This document shows positions 20,856 to 34,800 of a DNA stretch of 64,000 bases, piece by piece; position 1 is the stretch's first letter; each line of letters begins with the position of its first letter. The notes beneath the pieces were generated by a model. The model was given only the letters and a program-made list of their open reading frames with translations. It ran no database searches and was not told where the DNA came from. Source of the DNA: Hormiphora californensis (lineage: Eukaryota > Animalia > Ctenophora); contig CM035352.1 in assembly GCA_020137815.1 (NCBI GenBank), positions 6,634,001 to 6,698,000 on the forward strand, in the 5' to 3' direction. Position numbers and translations under genes: made by a program.

Positions 20856-22167
20856 TAGAGGAGATCCCTCCAGTCCACATTCATGTGTACTACACAATTA
20901 GTATTCCAGAAGAGTTGGGATGTTCACAATGGCAGTACTTGATTTCATCCCATGCCTCAAGAGACACCATCCACTCCCAAAATCCAGTATAATCTCCTGT
21001 CATCATGAAGGGTACAGCCTTCTCCGCTGCTGCCTGGAATGCTTCAAGTTCAGTTGTCCAGCTTTAGTAACCTAAGATACAAGTTGCAGCGAAACATGTG
21101 CATATTGTATGCAAGGTGAAGGTCGATAAGTCGCCTCCGTCTCTTCAGTTAGAGCCTCCACGGAACCATACGGGTCTTTGACGTCATCAAAGGATTCCAG
21201 GGTTTTACTAGAAGGCAGCATAGTAAACCTGGTCGGCACGATCCTGGAATTCTGGTCTTTCCTGCTGGTGTGAAAAGAGTAGCTAACATCTGGACGTAAT
21301 CCTTGATTGAGTTTCCCTCGTGCATGAGCTGTAGATCGTAGAACATGACCTCATTACCTTTGATAGCAATGTTCAGACTGTGACAGTCGCCGTGAACTAT
21401 AGAGCACCGATCAGGGAGAGTCTCCACCGCTGCAACTCTAGCCAGAGGGTCCGAATGTTCCTCGCCAAGTTTCTTGAACACCATAATAAGGCGCTCGGCA
21501 TCTCTCAAGAGGTCACCAAACTTTTCTTTAGCGATCGGGTTTCCACTAAGCAATGCCTTGATTGCAGCCACACCCATAAAAACCATAAGACCAGAACTTA
21601 GTTTGAAGAATTGTTGGACCTCGACCCGTGGTGTAAAGTGATCATCCTTCAATTCATCCCATTCGGGGTCAGATAGCTCTCCTTTTAGAGCGTACATCAC
21701 GGCGTGATATGCAGCAATCTTTTCAATGATTTTAAACCCAGTCTCAAAGGCCACACTTTCCTTGATACCACGTGGCAGTGTATTAAATCCAGGAGGAAGC
21801 AAAGTCCTCCATCAGAAAGTACTGGTATCCTTCATACTTCGTTTCTCCATAAAACTCAGGAAAGAAGTTGTTCATCAGGTTTTCAGCTTCTTCTTCATTG
21901 CATTTCTTTCTTAGTAACTCCTTGATTTTCGGTAGCAATTTTTCGTAGAATATGATTTCGTTTTTAACCACATTGCACGCTTCGGTGGCCATTTTTCCTA
22001 ATTCCAATGCTTTAGCAAACACAAACTTTAGGTTCCTCTGACTCGAAGTTGATGATATACTTCTTTTGGAGACTGGTCCATCCGATTTGTTCGTTTTCGA
22101 CCGGTGTAATTGAGGTTGAACTGGGGAAAAACTCCCCCAAAACGTGTTGAAATGCAGCTTCAGACAT
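20856..22167 (-). CDS. Ecdysteroid-kinase-like / choline-kinase-like (CHK) protein with multiple frame breaks; 3' end approximate
   Basis: NEIIFYEKLLP, FLMED, VHGDCHSLNI, FYDLQ spread over ORFs 22012-22209, 21783-22022 and 21149-21802. Confidence 0.75.
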
Positions 22168-22329
22168 AGCTTGATCTATCGATACAAAAAACTGGTTACA
22201 GGTTTCCAATTTTCACGCGTGGACGGTGGACACACTTCTTTCAAAAATCAAACCGTGCCTGATCACTCTGGTTGGGACTTGGGAGTAAAAAAAGAGGAAA
22301 AAACGCCTTTCAAAAAACGATCCGAACAC

Positions 22330-22425
22330 TGCACCGCACGGCCCCGACGTTTATTTTTACGCACGCGCATTGAAAATGTTTTTTCAGCGCGCGTAATTTT
22401 TGCGCGTTGCATGTCACGTGACACA
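22330..22425. promoter_or_regulatory. CGCG-rich promoter-like island upstream of the kinase gene
   Basis: Cluster of gcgcgc/acgcgc words and the palindrome gtcacgtgac; a similar island occupies 1-135. Confidence 0.4.
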
Positions 22426-22897
22426 GATTTCGGCCCTTTTGGCCTTCATTCCCATTCCCAAGACAGTCTCAGAACTAATAAACAAGAGAATTGGTTTTAA
22501 TCATGGTAAATGTACCAGTATGCAATTGCAAGATATTCAAACAGGGAGATAACTAGCACAGTAGCACGACAGCAACCGGCAACTGCAACGCGAACGTCGA
22601 CATACAACTAACAAGAACATCATAAACACACAAAACATCGGACCAGGAGAGGACTATCGGTACAACATATAATTGAAGATAATAAATTAAAAAAGAAAGT
22701 ATATAGTAACTCACAAAACAGCTCGAACTAGAGTTTGACACTGTCAGGCCGCGTCTACCTACAAGACACAAATACATTTTCACAATTACAAGGTCACCTA
22801 TCTGTCTTGGACACACAATACTCTGCCTCCTGTCTCATATCAATAGCATAATGGATCTCCTGAATTATCTTCATCGCAGTCTTTTCATCGCTACACT

Positions 22898-25800
22898 CTA
22901 ATCTTGAGAAGAGAAGTTGAGTCTTTGAGTGAGGGACATTAAACCTGGATCCTCCTTCTCCTCGATAGTCAGATAATGTTTCTCAAACTTATTAACCTCC
23001 TCCGCAAACACAACTGATCGATTATGACGACACTGTTTGACAGTGTTCACGGCGATCTCTGCTAACACTTTGTTTCCCCCACCCCGCTGCACCAGCCGGA
23101 TCCGTTCAGAGGAGATGATGATTCGTTCCTGTTTGTTGACATTGCACCACGAGATAAACCTCTCCCCCGGACTCTTCTGGTTGAGTCTCCACAGGGAATC
23201 CTGGCCGTGAGCCGTGTCGTCAGAGTAGGGAGGGAGTGTTTCCCCGGAGCAACATCGAGGTAGCCTCATTCGGAGTACCTCACCTGCAGAGAGAGAGAGA
23301 GAAAGATGTAAGTTAGAGTCATTAGGCAGCTGATTATGGATCCCTCCCAGAAAAAAACCAAGGGTTTCCCCCTCGAAAATTGCGGCACAGAAATGGCGGA
23401 ATTTCGGCGCAAAAGAGTGACACGCTATCGTAACCAGTATGAGCTCTCACTAACCAGATGCATGGATAGGTCGGGTACTGTGTGTAATTGCCAGGCTGGC
23501 ACCAGAAGCCAGGTCAAACACACCAACTGCAGGCTTAGTTATGGTTCCCACTACACCCTTGAAAAGTCCACTTGCCGCTCCAATCGCTCCGTGGTCGTTG
23601 ATTCCCTTGACGACTTGTTTTGGGACACTCATTAGTCCTTCGTAGAGGCCCGATCTGAGACCCGCAAAACCTGCCTTCATACTGGAACTGCTGCTTTGGT
23701 ACCTAACAATTAATCAGTATTAGAAGACCTTCTGTGTCGCGTGGTCAAACTATGGGACATGTGTATGTATGGAAATTGATTGTCATACTGAGCTCAGTCT
23801 GAGCTGTATGACTCATGTAACATCACGTACGCTTCGGAGAGTGCGGGTTTTTTGTGAGACAAGAAATTGAAATGTCAGTTATACCTAGCCGCTCGAAGCC
23901 GCTCCCTATTATTCTGAAAGTTCTCATCCCCGCTTGCCAGGGCCAGGAAGCTGCTAGCAGTGGATGTTAGCTTGTTAGCAGTATCGCTCATCCCGTGTGC
24001 CACATTCTTAACCATACCAGTAACATCTCCCTCCATACCCACAGAGAATGCTGATATGAGGTCGTTAACTAAACCTCCCATATTCCCTGCCGCTTCTGAG
24101 TTGAGGACAATCTTGAGCACGTGGCTGCCTGCACACTGCCGGTAATGGGCTATAACATCGTCCTGGACAGGATCAGGGGTGTTTTAGATACTCGGAATTA
24201 TAGTAGGTCACAAACTTGATTGAGAAACAAGAAGATTGAGTGAACTAGAAGATTGATAAAACTAGAAGGTTGAGAAAAGTGGTACTCAACAACTGGTATT
24301 CACTATTATAATAACCTTGATTGTTGAAGGAGCAGCAATAAGGTTCCTCCTCTCGTATTTTCCTAATTTCAGGCTAACATCAGAGAAATTAAGGAAAGAA
24401 CTCAGTCCTAGAGTATTGTGTAGCTCCTTCAAATCTTCTTCCAGCATGGGAGCCACTATCAGACTTACATTCACCTACACAGGATCATTTGTAAACCAAA
24501 AGACTACAGTTGGGTACGTGAAGTATTACAGACGAGTTATTCTGTTGGTTATTTATTAATTTAGTGTCACTATATCGTTGTTTATCTTGTTAGTCACTTA
24601 CAGGATAAACAACGATTTAGTAATTAGTGATACTAAATTAATAAACTAACTTAGTGTTAGTGTTCTATGTACCTGGGTCTCCTGAATGCACACACGTTCC
24701 ACCAACACAGGTTTGTGTTTCAGTTCACCCTTGGATGGCGGTGCTGACACTGTAGTACCACCACCTCCCACCTTGACAGCAGGCTGCTGTCCGGTTCTGG
24801 CAAACTGAAGTAGCTTCAGCAGCAATACCTCATCAAGCTGAGAGAGAGAGCGTTAGAGGTTTAGGACAACATTGCTTGGTAGTCATTTTTCAGTTTTTAG
24901 TGGCTGACCCCCCCCCCCCCCCTCCATTCCCATCTTTAGTGGAATGGCGCCAAGAACTGAACACTGAAACCCCCCCCCCCCCCCAACACTTCATACCTGA
25001 GCTGAGAAGTCAGCTAGAACAGCTTGGATTTCCGGGAAGACCAGCAGGTTATTCCGTCCTCTGATTTGTCTCTTTAGTCGCAGGTACAGGACCTGATCTT
25101 CTTTCCCACGGAGGGGGTGTAGGACCACGGGGACGAGACCCTCCCTGCACTGATTATCAGCCTGGTGGTAGAGACTGGAGTTGACTTAACCACAACTGTA
25201 GCTCCGTCAATTTCCCATTTATATGGTAAAACACTTGAAACTGTTATATTAATACTACTGTCTACTACTGTCTTTTTGCCAATGTCATATTATTATTAAC
25301 ATTAAATAAAGCACAATTGGAATGGTGCCAGCAGTGTGCAACTGTATTGCCGAGTATTGCAAACAATCTGAGGTGCACCATTGCCCATAGTTACCAGAGC
25401 AGGTTGCACGTGCAAGATGGTTCATCATGGGAACAAGCCCACAATTCTGCACGTGCATCTGTTTACTCTTTACGTTATGCTTTCGTTTAACTCAAAATTG
25501 TTACTTGCAACTTGCACGGCTGGGGCAGCAGCCCTGGCTATATGGTGGGCATACCGACGAGAGGATAAGGATGAGCCCAAGGATGACCTAACCATAACAG
25601 AAATTGAGAAATCCAAGGAGATTATTGAGGATACTGCCTTGGTAGAAGATGTTGTGGAGGTCACGGAGACAGATGAAGTGACCATGATGCAAGATGAAGT
25701 CGACATGCCAGATGAAGTTGACATAACAGTTTCCGAAGAAGGAGAGGATGTTGGAGGCATGTCCCGAGGTCGAAGTATGCTCTCCCTCTCCACTTCTTCC

Positions 25801-28800
25801 ACCCTGTGTAATAGCAGAGACAGGATGATGGGATCCATGGGCCTCATTATTGAGGAAGAAGAAGAAGAAGATTCCGATGAATATGAGGAAGGTGAAATCC
25901 TGGTGTTTTCAGATAGTGAGGAGTCTGAAGAGAAAGGAGAGGTTTCGGAGGCAGAGATTGAGGGAGAGGTGAAGATAGATGAGAACCTGAATGTGGAGGT
26001 CGTGCCACAGAATGTGGAGGTTCGTACAGAAGAGCCGAGGACACTTTCAACGGGAAGTATCTTCCCTCCCCCGCCTCCACGACAAATGACCTATGCCGAG
26101 TTTCGATCGCTCGCGATAGAAGCCGAGTGGCAGGAGGCGCTGGCACATGCCATGCGTATACCTGATATGAGTGAATTTTAGAATTTGACTTTTTATTTGA
26201 GATTTTATTGTAAGACGTGTAATGTAAAAACAACTGTATATTTTCACTTTCACTCAGCGCCATGTAGAAACTACTGTTTTAATTTTTCATAACGCTTCAT
26301 TGGAGCTATTGTACAATGTACAGTCGGACCCTGATTTATCGGGATGCTCGGGGTAATACAACTTGATCTGCCGAACCCTCACAGAGTGTGTAATACACAC
26401 TGTGTATGTAATAAAATGCAGCATGAGCTACTACACACCATACCCAACCTGTATATCTGACAGCTCCAGTTCCAGTGTATCAGTGTTCCCCAACTTTTCC
26501 AAGGTGAACGCTAGACCCACAAACCTCAGATACCTGCAGGGGAGGAAGACGTGTTACCACACATCACCATACCAAAATCGAGCGTGGTTACGAGAGTTAG
26601 GGATACTGATTTGAACCATAATATCCAGAGAACGTTCAAATTGGATAGCATGGTTGGATAATGGATATCATGGTTGGACGGTCCAATACATGACTTTGTA
26701 CTCTGAATTGGTGTCAGCTTGACATGGATGATCGTGAAGACGTCCAGAGTGGAGAAATGTCATCCATGAATTCGTAGACATTCACACCTGGAATATACCC
26801 TAAGTCAAGTCCAGTACTCACATAACTTCCTCAGGGATGTGATTGATGATAGACAATCCTATCCCACCACCCAGTTTCACTTGCAACTGTATAGGAACTT
26901 TAGATCCTTGCTCCTGGCCCTGTTCTTTGTACAGGTTTCTATCTCCGTCAGATGCATCCAGTAGCTTCACCACAACGGTAGCTCCGTCAACTTCAGTTTT
27001 AACCAGAACCGCCCCTGATCCTGGTCTCCTAAGTGGTACATACAGTTGGTAAGAGTTGATTTTGGAAACTGATAATTAAAATTTAGGACAAAAACTTTAA
27101 ATTCAAAATTTGTAGCAGCTTTACCTCTTATGAGTTTTAATGTTTAGTGGTGCTCGGTTGTTCCCCGCACTTCCCAGCATCACATCACAACCATCCTGTA
27201 CCACTCCATTGCGGGCCATTATCGTCAAACCAGGGAGACCACAGTACACCACTCCCGATATCGACTAAAAACAAAGGGAGAGGGGGTAGAATTGTTTATA
27301 CTTTCACGGACACAGTGTCAGGCGACTCAAGGAGGGGGTAGAATATAAAGCACATTTTAAGTCAAATTGGGAAGGGGTAAAGGATATACTCGCACGACCC
27401 TGCTGTTATAGACGATCTGATCCTTTACAGCTTCGAACAACCTAAAGTATTAAAGTAGTCAACCTACATCGATAGTCCAATGCTGAGTTTGACCTCTCTC
27501 TGGAGCAGGCTCCTTTATCACCAGACTGGCAAACGTCCCTGCATTGGGGGGTCTACCGGAGATATCTAGTCTCTTCTTGGTGACAAAGTGTTGGATCTGT
27601 CCAGTGTTGAGTACTTGCCATAGTTGGGTTATTGAGGTCGGGTTGTGCTGCCGGAGAATCACCTGCAGAGCAATGTTGGATGTTGGAGACAAATATATTA
27701 TGTGTGGTATAAGTGAGATTCATTGACCGATTTTGTACTGCCTGGCGCGCCATGACGGTGCCAGACCCCGATTTGACGACAGTACGCCCAGATGGGGTCT
27801 GCGGCCGGCGGAGCCAGAAAGATTTTGTATAGAACCCCTCCCCACTACAACTGTGTGTTACTAACCTGTTCCCCGTGTGGCACATCCAACACAAGTCTCT
27901 GAGAACTAACAGCCAGTTTATCATCAATCCTAATCGCCCTACCCTCGCCCCTACTAAGACTCTCCAGAGGCGTATCCCTAGCAACGGGCCTGGCGCCTTG
28001 CCAGGTCGTCTCGACACACAGGTACACAGCGTTAGTGTACATGAGGGCATCCTCGCTGATAGAGGCTGGGATACGGGGTACCACGGGGTAGCAGTTGGTT
28101 GTACCTCCCACAACCTGAGAAAGATGGGTGGTGTCACGTGTGTTGTCACGTGATGTCCATATAAGGTGTTGTTACAATCACGTAATGCCCATATAAGGTG
28201 TTGTTACAATCACTTGATGCCCATATAAGGTGTTGTTACAATAACGTAATGCCCATATAAGGTGTTTTACCTGCATCTCGAGGGACTGAGGCCTCAGAAC
28301 AGGTTCATCCCAATGGTAGGGTGTCCAGGAGTAGGGATCAAGGGAGGCAAAGGGAAGCCCGCTCTCCATTTGTCGATATTCTATCCGCACATGAGAGTGG
28401 TTTTCTATCCTGTAAATAGGGGAGTTAGGTAGCAACAAAGGGAAGCAGAAATTTCTTTTCATTCCTAGCAAACAATTGTCCTTCCTCCCAGTCCCAGTCC
28501 GACTCCCAACCCCAGTCACAGTCCCAGTCCCAGTCCTATTCCCAGTCCCAGTCCCACTGACCTGTATGGAGCGGGTAGGTCCTCAAAATCGCTGAATACA
28601 ACGTGGAAGGAGGCCTTCTGAACTACCACCGTACACTGCAGGAATATCTTCCTTCCTCCGTGCCCTCGCATGGCAATGACTCTACTCTCAGCACAGTTCA
28701 GCACAAACCCTCCACTCCATTCACAGTCGATTATGTCAATAGCTCGGACACAAAACAGGTGGTCCTTGTCGTGACGAGGCCATGTGAAGGGAAGGACTGA

Positions 28801-31800
28801 GTCAACACTTGCTTCTATCACTTGTGAGTCACTGATAAAGTGTGTAAGATGATAATAGTGCAGTAGAGTGTCGATTAGGCATGATAGAGCTCAGTCAATC
28901 CAATTATGAACCGAGAGCATTATTGAAACGCTATCAAAAAGTATAGTAAGACCTGGATTCTTAGTTTATTCTTACCCTGACTCGTAGGCCTGGAACCACT
29001 GCCCATAGTGTAGTTTTTGGGATGTATTGTTGTGGATGAAATACCTGGAAACCACTCTCACTTCCGTTACCATGGATACCACGGTACACTCAAAACTCAG
29101 GTCAAACACCTGAACAGACTTAACATAATAGGAATCTTCCAATCACTATTTACTATGCATTTGCTATCCAGGGATTCAATCAATCAATCAATGGTATTAC
29201 CATAGACAACCGCCTTGATTGGGAGATGGTATTATACCCTCCCCCCTTGATTTAGAGATGTTATGTATGTACCTTGTCGGGTGTCATATCACCAGATGCC
29301 ATTTTCACCTGGAACCTTCCAAAGGGTTTGCTGAGATCCAACCCAATACTCCACACGGGTCTTCCTGAGGAGAGTTAAAATATATCGAGTTGAGCTATCA
29401 ATACAATCCCATTTGTTGTAGCACCTTGTGTAGCTCACAATACATTTAATTTATTCAGCGTGCTCTGCGAGGGTTCGGCACATCAAGTAGCACATGTACA
29501 ATTAAGGAATAAGGTTGAACTTGAACCGCCCCTATAAATTACCAGTAGGGCGGTATTCCTTGCCCATTCGAACACTCAGTTCCTCTCTCAAGGTGTCATC
29601 GTGGTAATCGAACATAAGAGGATGTCGTGATCTGGCCATCTCGTGATCCTCATCCTGCGCTGCACTCTGCTCGTGGGTACTGACAGAGAGTGGGATTTGA
29701 GAGAGGGGAGGGTGGGTAAAGTCTGCTCGTGGGTACTGACAGAGAGTGGTTAGTTGAGAGAAGGAGGGAGTTGAGAGAAGGAGGGAGTTGAGAGAAGGAG
29801 GGAGTTGAGAGAAGGAGGGAGTTGAGAAGAAACAATGACCGGGGGATAATATACTATCTCCAAAGGGCCATATTATGATTGACCGACACAGCTCTAACCT
29901 ACCCGTACTGTCCAAATAGGAGTGGATAGTTGGTAAGGTTGTGTACAATGTACTTCGTGTACACCTGAATCCTCCAACATTCCTTATCTTTCAGATCGCA
30001 CCTGTAAAGTAGGATTAGTAAACACATGATTCCACCTGATAAGCAGGAACCGACCGAAACAAGTAAACAACCAATCAGAACTCGTTAGTTAGGTCACGTG
30101 ACTGGTTATCAGCCAATCAGGGACCAGTATTTCCTGATTCGGTCGGTTCCTGCTGATAAGACTAAGTAAGCATGTTAGTTGGTTACGAAGTCACCCGGGG
30201 TGACTCACCCCTATTACGTTCTTCCGAGCGCTCGAGACGAGGGGTAATTTCAATACTAAGCATGTTAGTATGTTACGTAACACAACTTACATTAGCCTGA
30301 CGGGCAGTGTCTTCCTTCTCTCATCCTGGACAGTCAGGTATTTCTGGGAGCTGGGTAGAGAGTAGGGGAGGAGCACTTTGTTAAAGTGAGGGAAACCATC
30401 AATTTGGAATGCCAGGGACAAATCCTGGTTTGGTATTTGATCGTAGATCTCCTTTTTCGTACCACTCTCAACTACAACATCTAGGAGAGACAGGATCAAA
30501 CAGTACAATGATGTAAGTTGCCCGAAGGGAAAAAGCGGTTAGCGGATTTTTGGAGCCATATCATTTCATTCTCCCAGGGCGCCTAATTTAAGCGTGTTCG
30601 GTGCACCCGCTACTACTTTTGGGCAGGTCATCCTCCAGACACAGCAACAAACAAACAAACTGTGTTTTCCTACCTTGTTCACCGTGTCTATATCTGATAT
30701 CCACGGGCAGACTATTAGTCAACACAACAGGGGTCTCAATAGTTATCTCATGTCCAGGGAGGTAGTTCTTCATCGCAGGATACCGTCCCCTAACTGCCAC
30801 TGCCACCAAATACATCCTCTCCCCCGATGCATCAGCCCGGAGAGAACTAACCACCTGACTAGCACGGGTGGTGGTGTGCCATTTTAGGGTGTCTGAATAC
30901 TGGTACCCTCCCCTGTGGGCCCGTAACTTTATGCACCAGTCCACCTTGTCAACGGGAAGGTGATCTACCTCCCCAGGCTGCAACAAGGGTAGTCTATAGG
31001 ATGGGGCAGCGTGACTAACAGGGTTCACCAGGAGGACCTCCAATGATTGGGAGGTATTGTTCCTGATGGACAGAGCGGATCTTACAGTGATGCATTTCCG
31101 AGCCCCCTCCTCTAGTACCAGATCAAAGACAACCCTGATGACACGTTCTGTGTCATCACCATACACATCTCCTTCATACTGGGTGTCTCGGAAAAACGTG
31201 CCCACTTTGTCAACTGGGATCCGGGACATTTCCCTCCATTGACCCACTGACACCAACAAAGACCGGCTCTGTCTGGAACTGGTTGATCGATATCGGCGTT
31301 CCTTGCCTAGTTCGGTGAATGTGAAGAATTCCTCCTCCCCGTGTCTGACTGACATCCAGGGGGAGGTTGAGGACCGGGGTCGGACCGAGGAGAAGGGGTG
31401 AGGATCATTCAGTGGGTGAACTCTAGTTTCCCGGGAAAACTTCAATTCAAACCCAGTTAGGTTACGGATAACAAAGGGGATAAAGGGTTTCCGGGTGACT
31501 TTCCGGTCTACTGACTGGGACGAGAGGATGGGACGGAGTCGCTGGACGGTCGTTGAGGAGAGAGAGTAGAAGGAGTGGGTTAGGTTGATGTTTAGGGGGT
31601 TCGCTGCATCCAGTTTTATTGTTGAGTAACTGTCGTTAAATATAAAGTGAAGATCTGACTTCCAGCTTTCTACCAGAGGCTCCCATCCAGACACATACCT
31701 GGGGGGAGAGGATCTTTAATCTTGTTGTTACTAGCAGTTATAATCTTGCTAGACTAAAGTCTAAAACATAGGAAACTTGTTTGGAACACCCGTGGCTTTG

Positions 31801-34800
31801 TTTTGCCAGTGCAATGATTATTGAGATAAAATGGGCAAAAACAAGAAAACTGAATCGTATTATGAAGTCTGGTGACTGGTATTGGCTTCATATATCAGAG
31901 TTCAAACGAAACTTACGAGTTGTAGTAGTCAATAAGGAGAGTTTGAGTACAGCTTGATATCTGTTTGTTGGTAGCAAGCCACAGGTGAGGTGTCATGAGG
32001 GACAATCTCAACAGTGGAACATCCCTGTCCCCATAATCATCAATCACTGTCAAGGTTACCTCCCTGCATTTCACCTCGATCCCAGCCAGTGCTCTGCCTC
32101 CACCCACACCACCATCACCCTTCTCACCACCCTCCCCTCCATTCCGTGACATTGTCTCCACACTCTGTCTCCTCACAGAATCCAAGATATTCCAAAACAA
32201 TACCGCGTCTTGGTAACTCAGCTTTGTCACCACATTATCTAACTGAACATCAAGCACAGATATCTCCTCAGCAGCTCTCAGAGCACCCCTATCTGACCCC
32301 CCGGGACGCTCATGATGTCTCAGCTCCACGGCGGCAGGTCCCACCACATCCAGGATGGAGAGAGCGGTACCCTCACAACCAAGTGTACAGGAGAACATCT
32401 CCAGGTTTTGTAGGTCTACACTGAGATCAGGGGGACAGGAGTGTTGTTTACGGAGGGTGGAAAGGGAGGTGAGTTGGAGGACTACTGCCTGGCTGTTGGG
32501 GTTCGTAGCACACTCTGGGAGAACTGGGAGAGAGAGGTGTTGTGAGTTGAATGAAAATATTATTAACTATTATGCATGTTACAAAATGTTGCGTATCACC
32601 CCCTCCTGGCCTGGCCTGAATGAGCCTGTTTATGACGGGTTAGGATATCACGTCCACGATTAAAAAGAGCTGACAACATACCAAAGTCAATATTGATCAC
32701 GGACACGTGTATTTCTATTGCACGTGTATCTTCAGGTTTGAGGGGTGTGTGGTTGGCGGTTCCAGCCTCTCCGGCTCTTACTGTTACCGCCTCATTTCGC
32801 AGTAACAACTCCGGGGAAGAGACCTGAGAGAAAGGTACTGTTTGTAACAGGGTTAAAGTTTAATCCTGAAAGTACGTTTAGTGTGTTCTAGTGAGTTCTA
32901 GTGAGTTCTAGTAGTCGGCGAGTTCTAGTATGTTCTAGTGAGTTCTAGGTCTGTGAATGATTTGACAGGCTTAGGAATCATGTCATCCAACCGGATCATG
33001 ATGGTCTAGAGGAAGGCTTAAAACTGATTAATTTCATACCTCGCCGGTGACAAATATCTTCACCAGGAGAAGGAAATCAATTATCCCATTAACTCTAACA
33101 CTGTTCAATACGAAGTTCCAGAACCGTTTCTCCGGGGTATTCCGCATGTTCACCTCCACTTGCAATGAAGTAGGTTCTCCTGTCTCTCTGGAGGTGGGAC
33201 AGAGGTTAAGCAGCAGTTATAATTCTGAATAAGGAGATCTGAGCAAGAATTAAATAGGGTAGCGACTGGCTATTTGAAATGGCGGCTAATTTGAAACACC
33301 CCCTCTACAGGCCAGCAGGTACACTAGATTTGGATTTTTAGACATCAGTGGGCTAGTCAGAACTCATACCAAGCCCACTGATGTCTAAAAATCCAAATCT
33401 GGTGCACCTGATGCCCTGTAGAGGGGGTGTTTCAAATTAGCCGCCATTTCAAATAGCCAGTCGTTACCCTAGGGAAGAAAATCGAAAAATAATGCCATTA
33501 GGTGCAAGGTGATAGGTGTTGTCGAGGGGCCTGATTAAAACAACTCAGCTACAGACAATAGACATGGCTTATTGCATTCTGTCTAGAAAACAATAACTTA
33601 CTGTTCTGTCAATACAAGAGGGAAAGCATTGCCGCTCGCTGGTCTGGTATCTTGTAATGTCATTCTTCGTGAGGTTAACTTAACAACACTGTGTTTGTTA
33701 GAGTAGGTCTGGAAACCCAAAATGGACTGGGTCAAATCAAACTTAGCCAGGGAGTGGTCTGATTCTTGGTGTATTAGCTCGATGGAGACGTTGTCCAAAT
33801 CCAGGGCTATATCTATATCTAACCAGCACCTTTGGCCATCTAGGTCCAGCCTGGGGAACATTTTAATTGGTTGATTAAGGTCCTGGTTTGAATCATAGTT
33901 ATAAAGTTCTAGTTTGTACCCGGTGCCCCCTCTCGATTGCACTCAGAATTGGTTCGGTTGTACTAACTTGTGAACATTGACAGCCTCGGTGATGTGTTCC
34001 CGGGAAATGATGAACTCTCCAAAATCCTCGCCCAGGTTGTACGCTAGGAATCCCTTTACCTTGCCCAGATCATGTTCACAAATCCTACAGGGGAGATAAA
34101 CATGCAGTTCATTAGACTGCGTATACCAGAAAAAGGGGTCAACACGTAATCGATTAAAGCTGATTTAAATATAGCTTCAAGAATCAGGGATATGAAGATA
34201 ACAGTGTCGCTAGATCAACTGAGAGTTAGCCTGAATCTGGAGATCATGTAATATTACCTGAATGATGTGGCGCTGAGTGAGCCTCTAACACAGACATTAG
34301 GGGAACTATGGTTGAATGTACTATCAAGGTTCCTCCTCACAGTCAAATCAAGAGTACATTTCCGGGGTAGCAGGGTAGTTGCATTTAACAGCTCACCCTC
34401 ATCTCCCTGCCACTCTCCTGATATCACATCCATTTCTCGGAGTGTAACTGAGAGGCAATCTAACAAACAAGGGAAACTGTCCAATTCTCTCCCTGACTCC
34501 TGGGTACTTTCCTTAGTCTCTGATTCTGTTGCAAATCTGAATGGAGACGATTGGTAGACGTAACAAGCGAATTCCCATCTCCAGAAAATAATAATGTCGC
34601 TCTAAACAACAAACAATCGGAAACAACTTTTGTAATTTGATTTGGCCACTGCAATCTATCTTTAAAACAATATCACTCTAAACACATGTACCTGCACGGT
34701 GCCCCAAAAGGTTCATGTGTACCTGAAAGTATTTGAGACCTCGATATTTCCTGGGTATCCCACTATCACATGGGCACTTGTAGCCGCCACAGGAAGTACC

